The notes under the pieces were generated by a model that saw nothing but the letters and a program-made list of their open reading frames with translations, was not told where the DNA came from and did not search any database. A DNA stretch of 60,944 nucleotides, filler included, from Sphacelaria rigidula (Eukaryota): NCBI GenBank assembly GCA_964200075.2. It is 9 parts of 9 records of this genome, joined end to end, with 100 filler letters (N's around TTAATTAATTAA, not from the genome) between each part and the next. Parts side by side here need not be neighbours in the genome. Positions count along the whole stretch, not along the records: positions 47,481 to 54,162 come from CAXNAA020018658.1; positions 54,263 to 60,944 come from CAXNAA020018659.1; 7 more parts are not named here. One strand, 5' to 3'. Shown piece after piece: positions 51,669 to 60,944 of the stretch (position 1 is its first letter; each line of letters starts with the position of its first letter). The position numbers were made by a program, and so were the translations under genes.

Positions 51669-52974
51669 TATTGGTCCGAATTGAGGTTTGACCCCGAAGG
51701 AGCTGAAACGGTAGTGACTGGTTACTTCTTGACATCTCTATGCTTTTTCACAAACATTGCTACATGGTAGGTCAAGTCGCGAACGTTCGCATCGGAGCAC
51801 ATGGAAGTCAACGGAAAATGACCACGTACCTTGCTGTCAAAGGCTTTGAAGAAGAAGCGTCAGTTCCTGGTGTAGCCCACCCGGCATGCATAAACTCGTT
51901 CACAAGGCTCACGGCAATTGTGAGTGGGTGGATCAGTACGGGGCCTCACCTGTAGGAGTCAAGGTCTTTCCCGACATTGGTAGAATGATCTAGTCTTTGG
52001 GTGAGATCCTGTTGGAAGGCTGCTGGTGTGTGTTACTATTCCGTGATAGTTCACAGAGGGTGCCTGTGGGGATCAAGTCTGCTTGCGAAGCTCAGCGAAA
52101 GGCAACAGTTGAAAGTTTCATTGGGCGCTTAGGGGTCTTCCGTAACGGAGCTATTTTTCCGACTTTTCGACCTGTCCCGATTATGCTTTTCTCCCGACTT
52201 TTGCACAAAAACACCCCCCCGCCCTCGCCCCCCAAAAACGACCGTCAGAAACGGTCCCAGTCTTGAATTGATCCATTGCCTGGCCTCGTAAGGATATCTA
52301 CTCTCGCATTCGTCGGAGATGAGCATGTTTCCCCCGAAGAATTCGGAGATTTCGTGGAAGAAATAGACCCGTTACTAAGGTCCCCTCACTGGCCAAGAAA
52401 AGCAAGGTAAAAGGAGAAAGGGACAGAGGCAGGGACAACAACGAAGACGAAGACAAGGACACAAACACGGAGACATGGAGACAGTCGGACGCACACACAC
52501 ACAAGCGCGCACACAGGGAGAGACACACACATACGCAGAGACAGACAGAGACAGAGAGCGACGGGATTGAGAGATCGTGGGGCCCTTGGTGTAATCACTC
52601 TTGTAATAGAATCCATTGTGCGTCACCAAGGACGCGCGTAGTGTAGTCAATCTAAGACCGCGCCACCTCTGCTGTAAGAAAAGCTCACAAGGTGATGGCT
52701 CGCTAGTCTCTTGTCAAGTCTGATCAAGTGCAACCCCAGGTGGCCTACCTTGAGTCACCTGGCTTCCGTATCCCACTGTATCGTATGTAAACAAGCTGTG
52801 GCGGCACGTTTTCATATTTCAATCGCCCAGTGTAGCTATCATACCAACACGTTGCCGCGTTCATTCGAAAATAATCCGCGATCCAACATACTGTGTGTAT
52901 GTAACTTTGTCCTTTTTCTAGCCATCCTGTCGGGGGCCGACCATTTTTATGTATGCATATATATACAAGGGGTT

Positions 52975-53602
52975 CGGCGGCTTCCGCCGCCACGCTCAAT
53001 AAGATCGGTAGCCAAGGTACATGAGGACCGGTCATCGTTGCTCACATTAGGTAACGGTAGGAACCCGATACCCGGGGACACAAAGACTTGCGACGGACAC
53101 ACACGATTGTTCGCAACCATGAGTTCAGTACTAAAGCACCGCAGAAACGCTCATCGTACGGAACAGGGTCCAGAAACAGCAACTGGAAAGGCGTAAAATA
53201 TTCATTCCCCCTCCTTCGTGGGCAACAACGAAGCAGGCAATACTCGCAATGTAGTGGATATATAAGAGAAACGGAAGAAGTAAGACAACAATCGACCAAC
53301 AGTAGCGACCCATATCCCCCAAAACACGGTAAACGACGACCACGGATTCAACATGACAGACTATCCCGTCGTGCGAAAGTCGTCCATAAACAGCAAAGAA
53401 CACTCGACCAACAATAGCGACCGATATCTCCCGAAACATGGACAACCCCGGATTCAACATCACAGACATAACCCATTATACGAAACAGGCTCCAGAAATA
53501 GCAGGACAGTTGAGCACACGACAACCGCAACGTGGCGTTTCTCCGGCTTCGCCGCCACGATCAGTGGATCGACAGCCAAGGTACATGAGCACCGGTGATG
53601 GC
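52975..53602 (+). repeat. Complex modular direct-repeat region
   Basis: Module A at ~52978 and ~53544, B at ~53157 and ~53479, C at ~53293 and ~53405. Confidence 0.75.
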
Positions 53603-54344
53603 TGTGTGCGTTGTGTAAGCTCATGGACTGAGCACAGAAGCAAAGCTGGATCATGAACATTTTTATTGAGCGAAATTGATGCCACTTCAACAGATTGCCT
53701 AACTTTCGCAATCAAATGGTTGATGGAAAGCGGCGGGAAAAAATTGTCGTGTCTCCTGAGTGTTTCATGAGCATGATGCCGGTTCGATTTTCAAAAAAAC
53801 TGTTTGTTTCGTTTTCAGGCCGAAGAGCAACATGGATGATGACTATGTACGAAGGCTCAAAACAACGCATCACAATCAAAAGTGAACCTGAGGAACTGAC
53901 CGCCCCCGCAAACCAAGAACCCATTTAGTGGCAACGAATTTGACCATTTGACCGCCATGATAGGTTATCTGTCGTTAAATCGCCATCAGTTACTTGGACT
54001 TTACAATTTTCAGCGTGGTCCAGATGACCTACCCTACCAGTCAAAGGATTATCCATGTTGTGACGAGATCCCCAGAAACATGTGATATGCACGCAGGGGC
54101 CCTTGTATGAATCGACATGATTTTTAATCGTTTCCAACTGCCGGTCGCCCCGGTGGCTCAGTNNNNNNNNNNNNNNNNNNNNNNNNNNNNNNNNNNNNNN
54201 NNNNNNTTAATTAATTAANNNNNNNNNNNNNNNNNNNNNNNNNNNNNNNNNNNNNNNNNNNNCAGGGATGCGAGGTCAATGGTCTTCTGACTATGGCATG
54301 CATGATCATGAGTACACCCTTGGTCAAAGCATCGCTCATCATGT

Positions 54345-54905
54345 GTCCTGCGATCGGTGGTGGTATGTGTGGCGATATTTAGGTCGTAGGCTATCTCTAC
54401 ACCCCACGGGTATATCCATGTACTCCCCCCTCCCTCCCCCCCCTCCCCCCCCGGCCGCAGCAGGAAAAATAGTGTTCTTTTTGTCAAGGGATAGGTTCCT
54501 AAATAGCCTCGTGCCATAGTATCGCAAAATTACGTGCTCTGCAACCTGTGGTGGAAAGTGTGGCGAGATACAGGCGGCTGGGGTATATAAGCTTGATACC
54601 CCACCGCTGTGTGGAGTCTTCGCCCCACCGCGACCCTGACCAGGCCAAAAACTGGGTTGTTTCGGCCAAAATATTGGCTCCTGGATAGCTCTGTGTCAGG
54701 GGGAATACGCGGCCGCGTACTCTGTGACCTGTCGTGGCCCTCGTGGCGAGGTGCCGGTGGTCCGGGTATATAAGCTCATGTACACCATCGCTGTGTCCAT
54801 GAACTATCCACCCCATTTGCGGCAGTAGGCCAAACACTGGGCTGTTCTGGCCGAACGATAGGTTTCTGGATAGCCCTGTGTCAGAGAAACACGCCACCGT
54901 GTGCT
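54345..54905 (+). repeat. Degenerate ~183-bp tandem repeat (about 3 units)
   Basis: GGGTATATAAGCT at 54581 and 54764; GGATAGC.CTGTGTCAG at 54683 and 54868; weaker first unit upstream. Confidence 0.8.
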
Positions 54906-57900
54906 CCGCATTTGCCAGACTCGCGGTGGATCGCTGGGAATCATGTCGGCGACCAGGGCACCTGGTGGAGGAACTCAAGAACCCGGTCATCAGTATCCAG
55001 ACGTCACCATGCGAACGCTGGGGTTGCGTATGTTGAGGCAGCAGCCATCGCCTCGAACGGTGGAGTGCCTGCTGTGGGGATGCTGCCATCGGCGGGATCT
55101 TCACGTCTCCTGAAAAATAGCGTAGAGAGACGGGCCCCACTGGATTCCGGGGAAAGAACTCCTAAGAACTCCCTCGTATCGTATCAACATTGAGACGACA
55201 AAAAAGTGGGAAAATATCATCCTCGATCTGCCGGTCAACGTGAACGGAGCGACGGCTCCAAACATCCGTGGTAGACTGGGGCCGTGAGACGAGCAACACA
55301 CTTCGGCATTGACGCATATGAATCGGGAGAAGAATGGTCAGGTGAATAACTACAGTCGCCTGGGGTTGCCCGCACCAGCTTTCCAACACCCGGCACCTGT
55401 GCACGGTACGCCAGAATGGAAGATGACCCCTGGATTTGTACAAACTTGAAAAAATTAAGTATTGAGATCTATCTGACCATGCCACCCTTGTACCACCCTG
55501 TCGTCGAGAAAGGTACCATACTAACCCATCATCACATCAGCAGTTCGTCTGCATTTGACCATTAGTATACGCTATGACAAAGCTGAACTTTTTCGGTAAT
55601 GTCGATACGAACGTGGAAGGTGATAGAAGTGGAGTACGCAGATTCGTTGTGATTACTTCTTGCTTGCACGATCGGTTCTGTTAAGCCGCCGCGTGAAGAT
55701 TGCGCCGCATTTTTTCCCCTGCAGCACCTGTGCCTAACTTCCCTGCTGCGTGCTGCGTGCTGCAAAGAAATGGATCTGGTGGGCACAGGATGGCGATGCT
55801 GCCCTCTTCACAGTCGAAAATTCATCGGCAAATGAACTCTTACAACCAGCATCCGAGCACGCTAATAGAGTCAGAGGGGCAGGTAGTCGAAGTCGAAGAA
55901 ACGCGGTATCCACACTTTCTTCCCTTCCTTCCAGCTTTTTTACGCAACGCCGTCTTGCAACTGCAGTAGCTTGTTTTCCGCGCGCGGGGCAATTTCTTCT
56001 TGTGAGCCCTTGTGTGAGTCCCCACTCTGACTTGGCAAACAACAACACTTACAACGACCACCGCACACACGCTAAACCTGCAAGAGGTCGACTCATTAGA
56101 AACTTCCAAGTGATGGATATTTTCCCACAAGACTGTGATGCATGACGTTCAATTTTGAAGAAACGGTATCCAAACTTCGGTAAACTTCACTGTGGCTTTA
56201 AAATGTTCCGAAGTGAAGCTTCCGCACAGCGCGCAGGGTGCGGGCCGGTACTCACGACACACCGAAGAAGACATGAATGCTGTGGCTTGCTTTTTCGACA
56301 GGAGAAAAACATTGAGCATCGTTAGCACACGGATTGAGTCCGGGTTTGGAGCACACAGGAGCTCATCATAGGAGAAACAGCAGCAGCAGCAACAGCAGCA
56401 TCCGCGACGTGTATCAAACGCAGCATCGGTACGTGCAAGGGTGTGGACGGCATGGCACTGCCCGCGTCTCTGTACCCCTGCGGTATAGCGAATCACGGTG
56501 ATAGGATGGAGTGGTGCGATAAAGACCGCCATATTTTACGCCTTTTGCGATTACGGATATTTTGTGTGTGGCAGTCGATGGCTGACTGCACGTATGCGTT
56601 TTATATTACCCTGCTTCACCGTTGAATCGAGGGCCGAATGACGTTGCAGGCTTGACGGGTCCGTTATGTTGTACTGGCAGACGAGTTTTGTGTGCCACAC
56701 ATGCGTACCTACACGCGCAAGCGGCAAGTTTGCCGAGTAGTGAACCGTTCTCATGGCTGGGGCTAGGTTCAGGTAAAGCAACCCTTCAAACCTCGCATAA
56801 GGGTATGCAGAGCAAGCAAGATTTGTGTGCCATGCGACGACAGGCAAAAGTGAAGCCTATACGTTCAACACAATATCGCCCCCTGTATGAATCAGGAGTA
56901 TAGCGTGCGGTGTGTGTAATCGGGAAGGCATGTGGCCGTGTGGTTGCAGGCGGGATACCGGCTACTCTGTGCTGTATCATTTGATCTCTGAGTGTACAAG
57001 CTTAGTCAACGAGGAACATCAAATCATGCGCAAGCTCTGGGTACTGAGTGCAGTAAAACCCAAAGTTCAAGTCCCACTTCTCCGCCGTCTGCCGTAAAGC
57101 TCTACTCTCTTAGGGGAGGCCCTGAGTTTACATTTAACAAAACAAAAGAGCAAGTCAATACGGCAGGAAAGAATCAAGGGGTTGATGACTTAACTTAGCA
57201 TGCAGGAGACAGCCATGGCGTGCCGTAGCGGACGCGTCAGGCATGCAATCGTCGAGTTTTTGCGCCTAGTGTTTCACGAGTAGTTTTGCCAGGGCGTCAC
57301 CGCTCATACGCATGCGCTCTAGCTAGGCGTCGCGTACGTGCAGCATAGCCCACATTCTTGCATGCATGAAGGGTCAAACTAAAGATATATTTCCATGTCA
57401 CTCTACGTCCGCATGATAGGAATCAATTCACGAGCCAATGAACGTCTCATTGTCTGTACGCACGCACCGCTGTTTTTTCTCTACCAGATTGCACGTACAA
57501 CGGACATGCAGTCGCTCATTCACACGAGCAAAATACGACCACCCCTACATTGACGTCAAAGATTTTTCGGACGTACAGCTCTTTCAATAGAAGTTCGCTG
57601 GCCTACATCTACACGCCCTGTATACCGAATATGCGATACTTCCTTGCAGGCTCGCCCAACAACAGTAGCGGTCTGTCATCATATATACAGCAGTGGGCAG
57701 TCTGACTATTCAGCGGGGTTTTGTGGTTTTCCTCGCGTACTACTCTTCGATAAAACTCGAAATTGCTAGCGCCGGTAGATCTGGTGCAAAAAACATATCA
57801 TCTTCAGAACACAGGGCCCAAGTCGGTGCTAGGTGGTGTTATCAGGCGAAACGAGTAAATACCCCGTTCATCAGGAGGGTGTTATTGACAGTGAAACACA

Positions 57901-60900
57901 GTTTTTCGGCTCGAGTTCAATGAGTAGCCTGAATTTCAAAGAAATAAAACTGTACAATTTTTTCGAAATATGATCCGGACAGGCTCGATCGACAGAAAAT
58001 ACTCAAGAGTAAAAATCTGGGCTGAAACGTCGCAGGACCCCCGATGACCGGTCAGCCCGTAAGTCACTCCATATTGAGTACATATGTTTTTTTTTCTTGG
58101 GACGTGGAGCGGATACAAATATCTTCAGATCCGCAATGTGATAAGCGGTGGCAAGCAGAAAGAGCCCAAGAAAATCGTAAATACGAAGGTATCATAAAAT
58201 GCCTCAAAACGAATAGTTGGAGCGCCCGCTACTGTAGTTCACATCTGGTCTGTTCCTCCACATGTTTTCTCTCCCACTGAATATTCTAGCGCTCCCTGGT
58301 ATGTATAATCTCACACCAATTCGTTATCCAAGAATTTTAGTACATAATAGCGTCATGCCACGGTGGGGTTGCACAAACAACACATCGGGTTTGTATTACT
58401 AGGAGCCCTTTATCTCGTCTGAAAAACGGCTTATTATGGGATATGTGAGAGCGCGCCACGTTTAGTATTCCAATGGACTAGGGATATCTCGAATAATTTT
58501 TTCAACATAAATGTCGTGGCCAATATTTCTCGTGCGTTGTAGCTCTTAACACTAGGAGCTACTCAATGAGAAACAGGTAGGTCTGAATGCGCAACCCCTA
58601 CCGTGGTATGATCTAGTATATCACAGGCATACACATACTAGTATATTCATTTACGCTGTGCGCATCCACGCAGAGCCATCTTACCACGGGGAATTGAAAA
58701 CTGGAGAAGAGTATACATGATCTCCACGTGCGCTGAAGAGTCGCGCCACGGTAGGTGCACATTTTCCGCCCCAGGCTTGAATTGTTGGGAGGTTTTTATC
58801 TCGGCCAAAAACGACTTATGGAATACAGAAGTCAAACTTGATGTATGTATACTTCGAAGTAGTGTTCACTCAATCAGGAGTTTTTCAAGTAATTTGTCAC
58901 CTTCAGTCTAGAGTTTGAGAGCCGATGGGCGTTGGAAAAAAAACAGGCCATTCTCAGACCATGTTTCCCGCTGTTGTGTTGTCGGAACGATACGGGGTAA
59001 AACCCCGTTTATCGACGGGGGGACGTTGACCGCATGCGACCCAAATACACGGTTCTCCGACCGTCGCGTTCTGAATGTCGACAGAATGGGAAAACTAAGG
59101 GTATGGAGTTGTTTATGACGGTCCGGATCGGTTCGGTCGAGCGATAATATCAAAGAGCGAGAACCTGGGGCTGTGCACTCGTAGAACCTCCACAGACTAG
59201 TGAGGCCATATCTCGTTCACAATTGATCGCAGATTATTTGTGTTGAAAACTGTGTCAGGTACTCATATCTCTCGACCCCCAAAGTTTGGGATCGTCAAGA
59301 AACCCTGATGCGTCGTGGTGACCAGAAAACCTGAAAAAAACGCTCTCAATCGAAATATTTTGCTAAACGTTTGACTACAGTATGAGAGCACGCAACAGCT
59401 AGCATCCCAACGGGCTCGGGATGTCTCGCATGAATACGGCTCAGTAGCTGTAGTCAAAATTTCATTACTCGATTTGAGTGTGAACAACGAGAATCGGATC
59501 TTTAGTGGGGCTTGACTGCTGCGTGTGCTCGTAGCGTGCGCAGAAAACGCTTTCGTCCGAATCGGCGCAGATCAGCGCCATAGGCGCCGATTGATGTCTA
59601 CCAACGCCACACTTAACCGGGGAACACTATGCCCCCCACTTGCCCCAGGGTTCTCGGCATGCCTCGGGCTGGGGTTAGTGTTAGGGTTAGCGATAGTTGC
59701 AAAACATGTCAACCATGTATAGAATGTAGCCCAACTCCGGTTAACCCACCTCTATTTATTCGACCGGTCGTTACAGGCTGTTCTCCGATTCCCTGCGTGC
59801 TTATGGCGTATCTCCATTGAGACGTCAAACGGCCGAGTGTCAACGATGGTAGTTTCTTTGTTCATCTTTGTGTGTCGCGACAGACGTACAGAGTGCGGTC
59901 CCACAAAATACCGCCGACGATTTGTTTGGGGGGTGAACGTGAATCATCGCAGGTGACCTAAGGCTACACCGCTGTCCCACCCACATTGGATTTCTCCTTC
60001 AGCAAGCGGTGAACATTCGCGGCAGTTGACCTGCGCGTAGCCACCGAAGGTACGTATACACATGGCAGAGAATACTTCGCATGCTTGTACATACCATTGT
60101 CCAGTTCACCCCCTGACGAGCTGGAACATCAAAGTCGTCGATTTCTCACGGGAGCGTTATCACCCTGCTTTACCTTTTGACAGTGGCAAACTCGTATTAG
60201 GAATATCGGAAATGCAGAGAAATAAAGATCTAACTGGTTGACACGTCGAATGGCAGACCGGAAGTCGTGTAATGTACGGAAGTACTTGATCAACCAAGGG
60301 GTAGCATATATCTCAGTCCACGTACCACACCCATTATTTTTCTACAAGCCCAAACCCGGTAATCGCGCGGGGGTCGAGGGGCGGGGACTTCAACTCCAGG
60401 TGATAAGCTTGTCCAGGTCGTGAGAATTCTGACGGTAAAATTGGTTCACGTGTCGAAAATACGTCCATGGACTCGAAGCAGGGGCGTACACTCTTTTTTA
60501 GAGACTGGTACGAGCTGATCGCGAGTCAGAAATATCAAAGATGATGTGGTGATTTGAGAAAGCACCAGTGAGATGGCTGATTATTTCTTTTATCCTGCGA
60601 AGGTGCACGCCGCCCCCTGTAGGAGAGATGTAGGAAATCATCAGCTCACGTGTCCGGTTGTCCATGTACTGTAAATCACGCCTGCAGCGAATGCAGAGAC
60701 CTTCGCATTGGTTCTGATGCGATCTCCTGCCGATGTCTGGGTATATTTCGAGATCAAGAGAGCGACGGGAATGGGGTTGGGTAGGTATTGACTGGGAGAT
60801 CTGGCATCCCTTGAGTCAACTCGAAAACACTCTCCGGAAATTAAGCACATTTCCCTGATCTACGTGTGTTGTGTGTGTTGTGTTGTCGTCCCATTTATTC

Positions 60901-60944
60901 TGGGTGCCAGTTTACACCTTTCGGTATATGTGGGCGCATCAGCC

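Noticed and set aside
59668..59697. Telomere (GGGTTAG-like)
   Set aside because: Only about 3 degenerate units, internal to a contig

Overview
Eukaryotic, repeat-rich DNA. A brown alga/stramenopile origin is likely, inferred from GT-AG exon structure, long TE-filled introns and repeat content. The window is not one locus. It is nine contigs of 6683 bp (six) and 6682 bp (three), each joined by an identical 100-nt N44-TTAATTAATTAA-N44 linker. This indicates size-sorted unplaced contigs, so nothing should be linked across gaps. Host genes are all partial: two KRR1 exons, three exons of a coiled-coil protein, and a head-to-head pair of probable secreted proteins (Kre9/KNH1-like Ig-fold repeats in one). 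The rest is mostly TE debris: LINE endonuclease and C-terminal fragments, tRNA-derived SINEs, many palindromic MITEs, a probable Harbinger-type remnant and microsatellites. The most interesting contig (27133-33815) holds a spliced, decayed hAT transposase. It is followed by an 11-unit, 42-43 bp phased array with two conserved boxes and two variable segments per unit, then a Tudor/PWWP-like pseudogene exon and a convergent Cys-rich ORF with a SWIM-like motif.
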